64,000 bases of DNA from an uncultured virus (IMG/VR IMGVR_UViG_3300044612_002233) (IMGVR_UViG_3300044612_002233:1-64000); one strand, 5' to 3'; positions 10,312 to 20,366 are shown, counted from the first letter of the stretch. Notes: generated by a model not told the origin, from the sequence alone. Numbers and translations: made by a program.

Positions 10312-10968
10312 ATGACAAGGAATAAATTACTATCTGAACTGAGTTCTGTAATACCTTCTATTAATATAGATAATATCAAATATGCCACAAAGATGGTAGA
10401 AGATAAGGAAGTTTCAACGGTAATTGATTTTGATTATAAATCTATTCTTGATAATCCTCCTATAAATAGTAGCGGTTCTACATTAAAGGAATTAATTTAC
10501 ATATCAAAGATTACCAATAATAGGAACGATGACGATATTGAATTTGTTCATAAAATAGATAAAAATGCAGCGTCTTTAGTTATTGATTTTTGTGAGAATA
10601 AAAATATTAAATTCCCACAATCTGATTTTGATAATTTATATAATATTATTAAACCTCTTGTATTTAATACTAAAAACTATTTTAATAGAGCAAGACCTTA
10701 TCAATTGGCCAAATTTTATGGATTAACAATTGATGTTATTGAAACCGATACTCATCACACTCCATCCTATCCGTCTGGACACACGGTGTATGCTAGACTA
10801 GCAGGCAATCTTGTGTTAAGTTCTCATCCAGAGTTCAAATACGAATTGGATCAAATTGTAAACAAGAGCGCTTATGCTAGGGTTTTACAAGGCGTTCATT
10901 ATCCTTCAGACAATTCGGCTTCAATTATTTTTACTGATTTTATTTTTCACAAACTATATAAGAGATAA
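10312..10968 (+). CDS. PAP2-superfamily phosphatase
   Basis: KNYFNRARP, PSYPSGH, ARVLQGVHYPSD. Confidence 0.85.
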   Translation: MTRNKLLSELSSVIPSINIDNIKYATKMVEDKEVSTVIDFDYKSILDNPPINSSGSTLKELIYISKITNNRNDDDIEFVHKIDKNAASLVIDFCENKNIKFPQSDFDNLYNIIKPLVFNTKNYFNRARPYQLAKFYGLTIDVIETDTHHTPSYPSGHTVYARLAGNLVLSSHPEFKYELDQIVNKSAYARVLQGVHYPSDNSASIIFTDFIFHKLYKR

Positions 10969-10973
10969 TAATT

Positions 10974-11678
10974 ATGGACAGAATTTATAATTTATTAAAT
11001 ATTGTCGAACAATCCTTAGTACAAAAAACAAATGAGGATGCATCAGCGTCCAATCTCAACACATCAATAGCAATGTGCAAACTTAAAGCAGGGGATAAAG
11101 TTAAAAATATCAATGCCGCCTGTATGCATTACGGTAGCGAGGGCATTGTTGAAACTATAGAAGAGATGCCAGAAAATATAGGATACGTGATTGGTTACAA
11201 AACAACAAATGCTGGATCATCATGGACAGTGGATCAATATTTAAGAAAAACAGAAGACCAACTAAGCCTAGTAGATTCTATTGATGATTATGGTCTGGCC
11301 GAAGAAGAAATGGAATCTCCAGAAGAAGAACTAAATGAATATAAAGAAGATTTTTTTGAAATGAGTGTTGGCTCACTTAGAGCAATAGCCACACATGCTC
11401 AAGAAATAATGAATTCTTTGGACAATCCATCCGTAAAAGAAAACTTGACAGAGAGCTGGTTGCAGGGTAAGATCGCCATAACTGAGGACTACATGAGAAC
11501 AATTCATGATTTTGTCATGTATGTCTCAGACTCTGACGATACTATATCTGCTGCTGACAAGCAAGGTCTTTGGGATAACATACGAAAAAAGAAAGAGAGA
11601 GAAGGAAAGAAGTATAGACCAGCAAAGCCAGGAGACAAAGATAGGCCAGATCCAAAACAATGGAAAAAGCTGACATAG
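10974..11678 (+). CDS. Hypothetical modular phage protein
   Basis: Long ORF; SH3-like N-terminal part, ESWLQGKI and GLWDNIRKKK motifs typical of large-phage proteins. Confidence 0.6.
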   Translation: MDRIYNLLNIVEQSLVQKTNEDASASNLNTSIAMCKLKAGDKVKNINAACMHYGSEGIVETIEEMPENIGYVIGYKTTNAGSSWTVDQYLRKTEDQLSLVDSIDDYGLAEEEMESPEEELNEYKEDFFEMSVGSLRAIATHAQEIMNSLDNPSVKENLTESWLQGKIAITEDYMRTIHDFVMYVSDSDDTISAADKQGLWDNIRKKKEREGKKYRPAKPGDKDRPDPKQWKKLT

Positions 11679-11736
11679 TACGAAGTTAATAGGACTAATT
11701 GCTTAATTTATAAACTCAATAAAGGACATCTTGATT

Positions 11737-12333
11737 ATGGACAGACAGTACGACAGTCTAGATACATATATTAATCTAGCAAAGAAGACGATATCAAAAT
11801 TCTGCCCCAAATTCTATAATGGATTATCAGCAGAAATGCTAAAGAATAATGATGCAATATCTGATGTTGCAACGGCGATAATGTATGCTGATTGGAGATT
11901 CGATCCAACCAGAACAGGTAAAAATGGACAAGCCAAAACCTTGTATTCTTATAGAAATCAATGTGCTATTTGGGCTATTAAAACATATGTGACTAATAAA
12001 TATAAGAAAAATACAGATTCTATTAGTCTTGACTCTAACTCCAAAGTATCAGATTTATCGATGCACTCGACCATATCAGATGTAAAGGCGCCCGAACCAA
12101 TAGAGATTCTAATAGAAGCAGAACAAACTACCAATTTAAAAAATACAATTGGGGATTTATTGTCAAATAGTAATCTATCAGAAAAACAAAGAGAACAGAT
12201 TAGAATGTATTATTTAGAGAATCACACCTTATCTCATATTGGTAAGAAATTTGGAGTATCACGAGAAGCAGTTAGACAGAATATCAAAAGAGCCTTAGAT
12301 ATTATTAGATCATATGATAAATGCCAAGTTTAA
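11737..12333 (+). CDS. Phage sigma70-family sigma factor
   Basis: Region 2-like WRFDPTR...YSYRNQCAIWAI; region 4 HTH LSEKQRE...TLSHIGKKFGVSREAVRQNIKRAL (alternative TTG start 11731). Confidence 0.8.
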   Translation: MDRQYDSLDTYINLAKKTISKFCPKFYNGLSAEMLKNNDAISDVATAIMYADWRFDPTRTGKNGQAKTLYSYRNQCAIWAIKTYVTNKYKKNTDSISLDSNSKVSDLSMHSTISDVKAPEPIEILIEAEQTTNLKNTIGDLLSNSNLSEKQREQIRMYYLENHTLSHIGKKFGVSREAVRQNIKRALDIIRSYDKCQV

Positions 12334-12661
12334 TCTAGCCATACTGGTTTTAGACCCCTCTGTTAATAGATACAAAATACTATCATCTAAAGCAGATGAT
12401 TTAGAACTTCCGTATCTTGATATTGAAACTAATCTTGATATTAATTCTTGCTTAGATCATTTAGTATCTACAAAAATAGATAAAAATGATTCATATCTTA
12501 ATTTTAGATTAACAGATGTGGAACTATCAGAAATGCTAGAAATTTATTATCTTGTTTTTATAACCTATGAATCTGTTGTAAAAGACGGATTTTTACTAGA
12601 CATACAAACTTCTCTTACAAGACTTCCAAACAATGCTAAGAAAATTCTTACACTACTTTAA
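12314..12661 (+). CDS. Hypothetical protein, possible degenerate Nudix fold
   Basis: LAILVLD...YKILSS...LELP pattern without a Nudix box. Confidence 0.45.
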   Translation: MINAKFNLAILVLDPSVNRYKILSSKADDLELPYLDIETNLDINSCLDHLVSTKIDKNDSYLNFRLTDVELSEMLEIYYLVFITYESVVKDGFLLDIQTSLTRLPNNAKKILTLL

Positions 12662-13022
12662 ATTCTTAAAAACAAAGCAAGAACCAGAGACATTAAGCAT
12701 TATAATTTCCTTAAAAAGTAATTATGATATTGATATACAATTTAAGTATCCAAACCTTAATAGTACAGATATAAATAATATACCAAATATTGCAGAAAAG
12801 TATGCAGAATTATTGATCTATATTAACAGCAATCCGCTAAAATATAAATTATTAGATACAATAAAAGATAAATCATATAGGTCAGAAGACATTAAAGAAA
12901 AATTATTTTTTGATAATGTTATCTCTTTTTATGACCTAATTAGGCAAGAAATTAAAAAAGCCAATATTATTAATAATAACGGCCCACTTATTAATCCAAT
13001 GTCCGTCTTTGCAACAAAGTGA
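12633..13022 (+). CDS. Hypothetical protein
   Basis: ORF in operon. Confidence 0.55.
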   Translation: MLRKFLHYFKFLKTKQEPETLSIIISLKSNYDIDIQFKYPNLNSTDINNIPNIAEKYAELLIYINSNPLKYKLLDTIKDKSYRSEDIKEKLFFDNVISFYDLIRQEIKKANIINNNGPLINPMSVFATK

Positions 13023-13099
13023 TATTGGAAATCTGGACTTTTGATTTACTATAAGGGGTATAATGTCTTGTTCTATCTCTGCTTGACGGGGGTTCCATA

Positions 13100-13540
13100 A
13101 TGGATAAAAATAATCTAATTATATGGCAAAAATGGCTAGACCCATTTGGATCAGATGATCCCGATGTTGATGAGTTTGATCCGTACACAGGCAATTATAT
13201 AGATAGTGATGAAGATCTTGAGAAAGATGAAGAAGAGAATAGTTATGAAGAAATTACTAAGAAAAAAAATAAAGCAGTCAGAGTCATTGCTACTCCTATG
13301 GGAATAATACCAATGAATGAGAATACTGCTAGTGGAAAACTTTTTAATTTTTGGATGGGGCATACTAATTTTGATATATCTAAAAAAATAGCACAGATTA
13401 TAGAAAGAACAGACGGAGTTGAAACGCTGGATATTTTTACAAGATACAGATTCAGAGTGTCAATAGGCAAAGCCTTTGATGATTCAGAAACTATGAGAAA
13501 CATCAATAAAACAATATATAGTGAGTTAAATAATGGCTAG
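13100..13540 (+). CDS. Hypothetical phage protein
   Basis: WQKWLDPF, acidic linker, FNFWMGHTNF, DGVETL...TRYRF. Confidence 0.65.
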   Translation: MDKNNLIIWQKWLDPFGSDDPDVDEFDPYTGNYIDSDEDLEKDEEENSYEEITKKKNKAVRVIATPMGIIPMNENTASGKLFNFWMGHTNFDISKKIAQIIERTDGVETLDIFTRYRFRVSIGKAFDDSETMRNINKTIYSELNNG

Positions 13541-14195
13541 AATAAACACCAGCGATACAGAATTACAGTCTTTACACTCATATAATATTGATATAAAGAA
13601 CAGAGAAATATTTTTACATTCTCATTTTGGATATGATGAAGACGAAGCTGGTGTTGACTACAGATCGTCTGTTACATTTGAAAAAAATCTACGCTTTCTA
13701 AATCAACAATCCGGAGACCCCGTATTAATACATATGCATTTACCTGGGGGAGACTGGGAGGACTGCTTAAGCTTGTGTGATACTATAAAATATAGTCGTT
13801 CTAAAACAACAATATTAGCATATGCTAAAGTTCAATCCGCTAGTAGTATTATTTTTCAATCTGCTAATCTAAGAATATTAATGCCAAATGTAAATATGCT
13901 CATTCATTATGGCTCAATCAGTATAGATGACGAACACAAAGCAGCAATTAGTAGCTTACAATGGAGTGAAAGAGAATCAGCAAAAATGCTTGATATCTTT
14001 GTTGATAAGTGGATGAGTAGTCCAATGTCAAAAGAAAAGAATTGGAAAAAACCAATAGCACGAAAACATATTCAAAGTCAATTAGCTACAAAAAGTGATT
14101 GGATACTAACAGCAGAGGAAGCGGTGTATTATGGTTTTGCGGATGGTATACTCGGAGATAAGAAATATCCAACCATAGAATCATTAAAAAAGTAA
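13533..14195 (+). CDS. clpP: ClpP-like serine protease
   Basis: HLPGG, QSAS (Ser), MLIHY (His), DWILTAEEAVYYGFAD (Asp); triad appears intact. Confidence 0.85.
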   Translation: MARINTSDTELQSLHSYNIDIKNREIFLHSHFGYDEDEAGVDYRSSVTFEKNLRFLNQQSGDPVLIHMHLPGGDWEDCLSLCDTIKYSRSKTTILAYAKVQSASSIIFQSANLRILMPNVNMLIHYGSISIDDEHKAAISSLQWSERESAKMLDIFVDKWMSSPMSKEKNWKKPIARKHIQSQLATKSDWILTAEEAVYYGFADGILGDKKYPTIESLKK

Positions 14196-14199
14196 GACT

Positions 14200-14862
14200 A
14201 TGCATTTAGAATACTGCTATTATGATATAACTCTCAAAGATTCAGAATTAATAGATATTATAAATAAAGTTATTAAATTTGATCTAAAGACCATATCTGT
14301 TCTTCCATCATATCTTAGACCGCTCAAGTCAATACTCTCAAGCACAGATATCGCAGCATCTGCCCCAATAGATTTTCCTCTTGGCACAATGGATCTAAAA
14401 TCCAGACTATCTGTTGCTGAAAACTGTATTAAAAATGGAGCATCCATACTTGATGTTGTATGTCCAACACACTTATTATGCAATAGAAAGTATGATAAAT
14501 TTCGTGAAGACATAAAAGAAATGCAGAGCTTGTGTTCTAATTCAAATTTAGAGATTAGATATGTTCTTGAATATCGCCAATTTAGTTATGAGTTATTATA
14601 TAAAGTTGCACAAATATTATATGATTTTAATATTACAACGATATATCCTGCAAGTGGATATCTAATTGACGATATTTCTGATAATATAACAGCCTCGGCC
14701 CTCATAAATAAAAAAGTGCCTAATATTAATATAATTTGTAATGGCAATATCTGGAACGATAATCAGATAAAAATGGCTAAAAAAAGTAAAATTTATGGTT
14801 TAAGAGTCAATTCCTTAAATGCCTTAGAATTGATAACAAAAGAAAACATAATAGAGAATTAA
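14200..14862 (+). CDS. deoC: Deoxyribose-phosphate aldolase-like protein lacking catalytic lysines
   Basis: IDFPLG, GASILDVV and TIM-barrel spacing; KTSTG replaced by YPASG. Confidence 0.7.
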   Translation: MHLEYCYYDITLKDSELIDIINKVIKFDLKTISVLPSYLRPLKSILSSTDIAASAPIDFPLGTMDLKSRLSVAENCIKNGASILDVVCPTHLLCNRKYDKFREDIKEMQSLCSNSNLEIRYVLEYRQFSYELLYKVAQILYDFNITTIYPASGYLIDDISDNITASALINKKVPNINIICNGNIWNDNQIKMAKKSKIYGLRVNSLNALELITKENIIEN

Positions 14863-14870
14863 CCTTTTTA

Positions 14871-14886
14871 GGTGTACTAGATTATA
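14871..14886 (+). promoter_or_regulatory. Putative phage promoter (GGTGTA-N7-ATA)
   Basis: GGTGTActagattata in the intergenic gap. Confidence 0.55.
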
Positions 14887-14926
14887 GATTTTAAACAATC
14901 TTCACAGAACAAAACGGAGATATACA

Positions 14927-15505
14927 ATGGCTATAGCTACATCAGCAGGTGTTAATTACACAATACAACCAAATCTAACAGGAAGCGGATCCAGAAACAA
15001 TGGTGGTTCAGCCACTAGAGTTGGAACATCCGCAGAATTAAATAACGTTGCAATTAGCAAAGATACAACCGGAGTTGTTGGCTCGGTTGTTGTTGACGGA
15101 GCAGACACAGACAAGGCAATAAGCGGTGGAACCATCGCACATGATCATGTTAAACCAATTGTTGCTAAGGTCACATCAGAAATTGCTGGCCTAGCAAGTA
15201 CTGCCCTATCAACAAATGCTAATAATCCAGCTCAATTAAGAGCTATTAATAAGGTTGAACGTATCAAGGGTAATGGAGAGGCCACAGCTATCAGAGCCGG
15301 TTACTTTAATATATATACTGGGAAGTTCTCAACCAATCCAACCCCAGTAACAGTTTATCCAACCGGGGTTCCAACAACTAACCAAGCATGGGTTGGCACT
15401 GACGATGCTGCCACACCAACCAGAAGTGCTCCTGGCGAACTTGTTTTCAGAACTGGTGCTAAGCTACCCGTTAGAGACAGAGACTATTCTGCCAAGAACG
15501 GCTGA
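14927..15505 (+). CDS. Putative abundant virion protein
   Basis: A/G/T-rich 192 aa; own promoter, strong GGAGA RBS and downstream terminator. Confidence 0.55.
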   Translation: MAIATSAGVNYTIQPNLTGSGSRNNGGSATRVGTSAELNNVAISKDTTGVVGSVVVDGADTDKAISGGTIAHDHVKPIVAKVTSEIAGLASTALSTNANNPAQLRAINKVERIKGNGEATAIRAGYFNIYTGKFSTNPTPVTVYPTGVPTTNQAWVGTDDAATPTRSAPGELVFRTGAKLPVRDRDYSAKNG

Positions 15506-15530
15506 TAGTAATAGAATAAAATCTAAGTTA

Positions 15531-15573
15531 AAAGAGCAAAGCCATCAATTATGTTGTTGGCTTTTTGCTTTTT
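15531..15573 (+). terminator. Rho-independent terminator
   Basis: AAAGCCA...TGGCTTT stem followed by a T-rich tract, A-rich on the 5' side. Confidence 0.7.
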
Positions 15574-15589
15574 AGTGTATCTAATAATA
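15574..15589 (+). promoter_or_regulatory. Putative phage promoter (variant AGTGTA-N7-ATA)
   Basis: AGTGTAtctaataata directly after the terminator. Confidence 0.45.
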
Positions 15590-15614
15590 CCGCCACAATA
15601 AAAGGGTTTTAATT

Positions 15615-15935
15615 ATGAGTGATACCATAGTTCACTTTTGGGAAAGCATAGCCACTACTAGTATTGGTATCATTATTACTATGATTGGTTTTTGGGTGGC
15701 AATAGGCAAAAATATGGCCACAAAGTCAGAAGTTGCTGAAATGATAGAAACAAAATCTCCATATTTACATGATAGACAGTTTATTATGGAAAGGCTTGCT
15801 GTGAACAAAGAAACACAGGCAGCATTAACAAATATGTTGCAACGCAATACAGAAGTTATGAATGAACTTAAAATTCAAATAGCAACACTTGGTAAAACAT
15901 TAGAAGCACTAGAAGAAAGAATAGAAAGAACTTGA
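15615..15935 (+). CDS. Membrane-anchored coiled-coil protein
   Basis: Hydrophobic IATTSIGIIITMIGFWVAI followed by heptad-like C-terminus. Confidence 0.6.
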   Translation: MSDTIVHFWESIATTSIGIIITMIGFWVAIGKNMATKSEVAEMIETKSPYLHDRQFIMERLAVNKETQAALTNMLQRNTEVMNELKIQIATLGKTLEALEERIERT

Positions 15936-15943
15936 GGTAAAAT

Positions 15944-16135
15944 ATGGCAATCGATATTGAACTAATAAATACTAATAATCCAATTAAAAACGGAACAACT
16001 GTAACAACCTGTTCGTTCTCTGGTAAATATAATACTATCAATACATATGTTAACAATACTCCGATAATAGCAGATATCGAATCCAAATATGATGAATTGT
16101 TTGATGATATCACATACTATATACTAGGTAGTTAA
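15944..16135 (+). CDS. Hypothetical protein
   Basis: GAGG RBS, fills the gap. Confidence 0.55.
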   Translation: MAIDIELINTNNPIKNGTTVTTCSFSGKYNTINTYVNNTPIIADIESKYDELFDDITYYILGS

Positions 16136-16137
16136 TT

Positions 16138-17361
16138 ATGACTACTAATCGTTTTGCTTTAACGTCTGACATAAATGAGCTTCCATCTTCTGTTTCTGTA
16201 AGTGGTAGTGATCTATTCGCCTTCTCTGATGATCCCGCCTCTGCAACAGTAACCAGAAAAATTACTTTTAGTGGCATAAGAACTTCAATATTTAATCAGC
16301 CAACAACTCTTCAATTGAGACAAGGCACAAATACAGAAAGAACATATATTACTCCATCTAGTGGAGAACCAATATGGACCACAGATAATAAAAAATTATT
16401 TGTTGGAGATGGATCCGCAGTTGGAGGAATTCTTGTAGGGCCATATACTCCTCCAGAACTTACAAATGGCAACTCAAATAGTGGCACTCTTTCTATTATT
16501 TGTGGAGGAACAGGCAATAATATAGCTAATGGATCTATATATAGTAATATTAATGGGGGTTTAACTAATTATGGTAGTGGAGTTTCGTTTTGCATAGCGG
16601 GAGGAAGCAATAACAGCATAGGAACAAATGGTTCTTATTGTGCTATTGGTGGGGGTCAAAATAATAATATTCAATCACAACATTCTACAATAGCAGGAGG
16701 ATTATCAAATATAATAGGAACAATCGTCCCATATTCAACAATAGGAGGAGGAATCTCCAACAGGTCTTATGCTACCGGTGTAACAATATGCGGCGGAGCG
16801 CTCAACATTTCCTACAATACATATGGAACCATATGTGGTGGTTTTTCTAACCATATTTATGGTAATTATGCAACAATTATAGGAGGAAATTCTGCTAAAG
16901 CAACACTTTATGGGCAAGTTTCTCATGCCGCCGGACATTTTGCTAATCGCGGAGATGCTCAACATACTACTTTAATAGCACGACAAGAAACATCTGACAC
17001 AACAGATACTGTGCTAACACTCGACGGTCTAGCCCCATCTGTTGACAACACTATACTGCTCACAGCCAAAACTTGTTGGATGTTTACAATTAAAGTAAGT
17101 GCATATAATGATTCAGACAACATTGGGGCGTCATGGCTCCTAAAAGGAGGAATAAGAAGAAATAATTCCAATCAAACAACTTTAGTTGGAAATGTAACAT
17201 CAGAAAGCTGGATAGAAAGTGGAATGTCTGGAACATCAGTCTCAGTAACAGCAAACAATACCAGTGACACACTAGAAATAACAGCAAAAGGATTGGCTGG
17301 CAAGAATATTCGCTGGGTAGCATTACTTGATATTTGCCAAGCAAGCTATGGTGTTCCATGA
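16138..17361 (+). CDS. Tail fibre/adhesin with MTD-N-like domain and GG-N repeats
   Basis: LQLRQGT...GEPIWTTDNKKLFVGDG motif; ~14-aa IxGGxxN repeats. Confidence 0.7.
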   Translation: MTTNRFALTSDINELPSSVSVSGSDLFAFSDDPASATVTRKITFSGIRTSIFNQPTTLQLRQGTNTERTYITPSSGEPIWTTDNKKLFVGDGSAVGGILVGPYTPPELTNGNSNSGTLSIICGGTGNNIANGSIYSNINGGLTNYGSGVSFCIAGGSNNSIGTNGSYCAIGGGQNNNIQSQHSTIAGGLSNIIGTIVPYSTIGGGISNRSYATGVTICGGALNISYNTYGTICGGFSNHIYGNYATIIGGNSAKATLYGQVSHAAGHFANRGDAQHTTLIARQETSDTTDTVLTLDGLAPSVDNTILLTAKTCWMFTIKVSAYNDSDNIGASWLLKGGIRRNNSNQTTLVGNVTSESWIESGMSGTSVSVTANNTSDTLEITAKGLAGKNIRWVALLDICQASYGVP

Positions 17362-18617
17362 TGTATGACGCAGTTAATGCTCCGGGTAACTGCGGAACTG
17401 TCAATAATGATCCTCCACAATACACTATTCGTCAATCAGCAATTGGAGGAGACGATATAAAGATAACTGTCGAACCATTTACTCGAATAATATCATCAAC
17501 AGCATCGTCTTACGTTTTATATGACGCTAATCTCATAAATAATACCAGTACGCTCACAGTTACGGACCACCTCGTGTCTGTATCAAAAACAAATAATATC
17601 TCAGATATTGACATATATAGTTTAAATACTAATGTAGTAAATACTATTAGTTCTTATAATGGAGGTACGATGGTTGCCTCTGGAGTTAATACTGGCTCCA
17701 CATCAATAGTTGCTAGCGGAATTAATTTAATAAATAATTTTAGTATTGCTGATGTACAAATCACAAGGATTGGTGGACAATCCATAACTTCTTTTTCTTC
17801 GTATTTAAATGGAACACTTGGTAAGCACTGTAGTGATGCTATAGATACTAGGATAGTAGGGAAAAATTCATTAACTACAAAACCCATTTTTACTACGCAA
17901 AATCATTCAAATTCCACATATGTTAGGAATACTAATTGTTGGGCTTATGATTTAGATTTAACTTGCATAAGTCCTTGGAATACAACTGGAGCAAATACTA
18001 TGGCTGGAACTTTGATCAGCCCATGTCATATTGTTTTTGCAACGCATTTCCAGATCGATACTGGAGCTAAAATTAGATTTATTACTAATAATAATGTTGT
18101 TATAGAAAGAACAATGATTGATAAAATTGATATAGCTAATGATATCACATTAGGTATTTTAGATAGCGACGTTCCAGGCACCATATCTTTTGCAAAAATT
18201 TTACCGAGCAATTGGTCAAACTATTTGCCAAACTTATGGGGAAATAGTGCTCATCCGACCAATAACAGCACATTATGCAAAGTGCCTATACTTTGTCTTG
18301 ATCAAGAAGAGAAAGCATTAGTACATGATATGAATATTGGAGGAGGAAATTGCGGATGGAGAGCTCCGATTGCAGGTGATAGATTGTCTTTTTATGAGCC
18401 TATAGTTCTTTATGATAGTGGGAATCCATGTTTTCTAATTGTGAACAATTCATTAGTTTTAATGTCAACATATTCATATTCAGTTAGTGGTCCGTTTTAT
18501 CCTGCATATATAACCTCGATCAACACTGGTATGAATACGCTTTGGACAAGAAATGGAAAATCAGGAAGCTCTTATTCTATCACAACAGTAGATTTAACTG
18601 GATTCACATCATTTTAA
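17358..18617 (+). CDS. Virion-type protein with C-terminal trypsin-like serine protease domain
   Basis: AGTLISPCHIVFATHF (His), DITLGIL (Asp), YDSGNP (Ser). Confidence 0.7.
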   Translation: MMYDAVNAPGNCGTVNNDPPQYTIRQSAIGGDDIKITVEPFTRIISSTASSYVLYDANLINNTSTLTVTDHLVSVSKTNNISDIDIYSLNTNVVNTISSYNGGTMVASGVNTGSTSIVASGINLINNFSIADVQITRIGGQSITSFSSYLNGTLGKHCSDAIDTRIVGKNSLTTKPIFTTQNHSNSTYVRNTNCWAYDLDLTCISPWNTTGANTMAGTLISPCHIVFATHFQIDTGAKIRFITNNNVVIERTMIDKIDIANDITLGILDSDVPGTISFAKILPSNWSNYLPNLWGNSAHPTNNSTLCKVPILCLDQEEKALVHDMNIGGGNCGWRAPIAGDRLSFYEPIVLYDSGNPCFLIVNNSLVLMSTYSYSVSGPFYPAYITSINTGMNTLWTRNGKSGSSYSITTVDLTGFTSF

Positions 18618-18632
18618 TACAAATAGCACTAT

Positions 18633-18649
18633 GGTGTATATTTAATATA
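18633..18649 (+). promoter_or_regulatory. Putative phage promoter (GGTGTA motif)
   Basis: GGTGTAtatttaatata, intergenic, before GGAG RBS. Confidence 0.55.
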
Positions 18650-18665
18650 ACATGGAGAAATTATA

Positions 18666-18992
18666 ATGATTAAACCTGGTTATAGAACAAGCGAATTTTG
18701 GTTTACGTTAGTAAGTTTCATTTTTAGTGGAGCGTATTTATTTGGAGTATTAGATGATTTTAATCATAAAGAAGATCTAATACAAGAAACAAGCAAAGGA
18801 GTAGAAGCTGTAATACTAATTATTGGTCAATTAACATTATTATTTAGATATGTAAAAGGAAGAACAGATCTTAAAAAGACTTGGTGGGATACAGCAACAC
18901 CAGAAGAGAGAAAAACAGCCGTTAGAAGCAAATCTACTAAATCCAAAGCCAAAAAGAAAATTAAAAAGCCAATTCAGCCCAAAGTAGAGTAG
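18666..18992 (+). CDS. Holin-like membrane protein
   Basis: KPGYRTSEFW start, two hydrophobic segments, basic C-terminal tail. Confidence 0.5.
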   Translation: MIKPGYRTSEFWFTLVSFIFSGAYLFGVLDDFNHKEDLIQETSKGVEAVILIIGQLTLLFRYVKGRTDLKKTWWDTATPEERKTAVRSKSTKSKAKKKIKKPIQPKVE

Positions 18993-19004
18993 ACAGGGTT
19001 TCTG

Positions 19005-19020
19005 GGTGTATTATAATATA
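19005..19020 (+). promoter_or_regulatory. Putative phage promoter (GGTGTA-N7-ATA)
   Basis: GGTGTAttataatata, intergenic. Confidence 0.55.
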
Positions 19021-19048
19021 TAGGGCGTTTTCAAAAAGGACATTTTTT

Positions 19049-19492
19049 ATGGTAGAAGCAGCTTCAATAGACTCGATAAAAATTAAAATGGATGAATTCA
19101 TGACACAGGTTAAAATCTCTTTAGGAGAGGTTAAATCTGTAGCCATATCTCAAGCATGGAAAATTCTACAACTTGCTGTTGCTCAAACGGTACAGGTATT
19201 AGAGCAGAACGCTAATAATTTGGCTGGTCCAGATAAAAAAGCTATGGCTATGGACTATCTATCAAAATTTTATGATAGTGTTTTTACCGTTGTTGACGTT
19301 CCTATGATCCCAAACTTCATTCAACCAATTATTCGTCAATACGTAAAAGTATTTCTGATGGCACTAGTCAGTTCTAGTATTGATGCTATGGTCACCACAT
19401 TCAGACAAGTTGGAGTCTTTAAAACACAGCCGTTAGTTTCACAATCTATCAAGTCTAACCCCAAAGTTAAAAGAGTGAGGAAAAAGAAATGA
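19049..19492 (+). CDS. Hypothetical helical protein
   Basis: AAGGA RBS; GPDKK motif reminiscent of holin-like families. Confidence 0.6.
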   Translation: MVEAASIDSIKIKMDEFMTQVKISLGEVKSVAISQAWKILQLAVAQTVQVLEQNANNLAGPDKKAMAMDYLSKFYDSVFTVVDVPMIPNFIQPIIRQYVKVFLMALVSSSIDAMVTTFRQVGVFKTQPLVSQSIKSNPKVKRVRKKK

Positions 19493-19872
19493 ATTACACA
19501 GAAAGTTTTGAGCAATTTGCTAGCAGAGTCACGCCAACCGATTTAGCCCTATATGCTGGGGCTGGAATTATTCTATGGATTCTATTCAAGGATAAACTAA
19601 GTCCAGTACAAAAATTCTTAGGAGACTTGGTTGGTGGTCTAAAGTCAAAACTAAATAATGGAGCATCAGTTGTTCCAGTTGTTGTTCCAGATGTTTCTCC
19701 TGTTGAAGTATCTAAAGAGACCAAAGAAGATAATTTTTTCAAGTTAGTTGTTTCTTGGAAACAAACCAGAGATTTAGCAGTTAAAAGCGGATGCGAAGAA
19801 GCCGTTAAGGTTGCTGATCAAATGTTTCCATTCTTAAGCCCCACCGTTTGCTCAAAGGAAAAAAGTGTATGA
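19489..19872 (+). CDS. Membrane protein
   Basis: LALYAGAGIILWILF hydrophobic segment. Confidence 0.6.
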   Translation: MNYTESFEQFASRVTPTDLALYAGAGIILWILFKDKLSPVQKFLGDLVGGLKSKLNNGASVVPVVVPDVSPVEVSKETKEDNFFKLVVSWKQTRDLAVKSGCEEAVKVADQMFPFLSPTVCSKEKSV

Positions 19873-20366
19873 ATCCCAAACTTAAAACAGGTCTTTTAAT
19901 ACTTGCTCTTGCATTATTAGGAATTGGCATACTAAAACCAGATCTTGGCTTTAATAATCCAGTATCTCCATCTGCTGTTGTTGAGTTGGACGTTAAGGAA
20001 CCAGAATCAGTAGAACTTAAAGAAAAAGCAGACGCTGTTATAAAAGCATTATCTGTTGATTCTGATCGTAAAACTGATGGTTTGAGATTAGCTTATTTAT
20101 ATAATGATATGGCAACATTAGTTGGTCTTGATGGAGATAGTGAGGTGATTAAGAATACTGAAGAAATTAGACAAGCTAACAGACTAGCTGGTTTAATGTT
20201 AAGACTAGATATTAAGGGCAAATATGAAGACCTACCAGAAGCTGCTCAAGCATTAGTATTAACAGCAATTGGTGATGACAATGTTTTATTAAATAAAGAC
20301 CTTAGAGCTAAAGCTGTTGATGGTTTGAAAGCTTTATCCTGGGCCTGTTTACAAGGAAGCAAATAA
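19869..20366 (+). CDS. Secreted or membrane-anchored protein
   Basis: MNPKLKTGLLILALALLGIGIL signal/anchor. Confidence 0.6.
   Translation: MNPKLKTGLLILALALLGIGILKPDLGFNNPVSPSAVVELDVKEPESVELKEKADAVIKALSVDSDRKTDGLRLAYLYNDMATLVGLDGDSEVIKNTEEIRQANRLAGLMLRLDIKGKYEDLPEAAQALVLTAIGDDNVLLNKDLRAKAVDGLKALSWACLQGSK

Noticed and set aside
13034..13064. Sigma70 promoter upstream of 13100
   Set aside because: TATAAT is present but no -35 at a proper spacing; too weak to call
16490..16890. Possible DNA repeat array or DGR target in the MTD-like gene
   Set aside because: Repeats are degenerate protein-level GG-N repeats; no reverse transcriptase or TR/VR pair was seen
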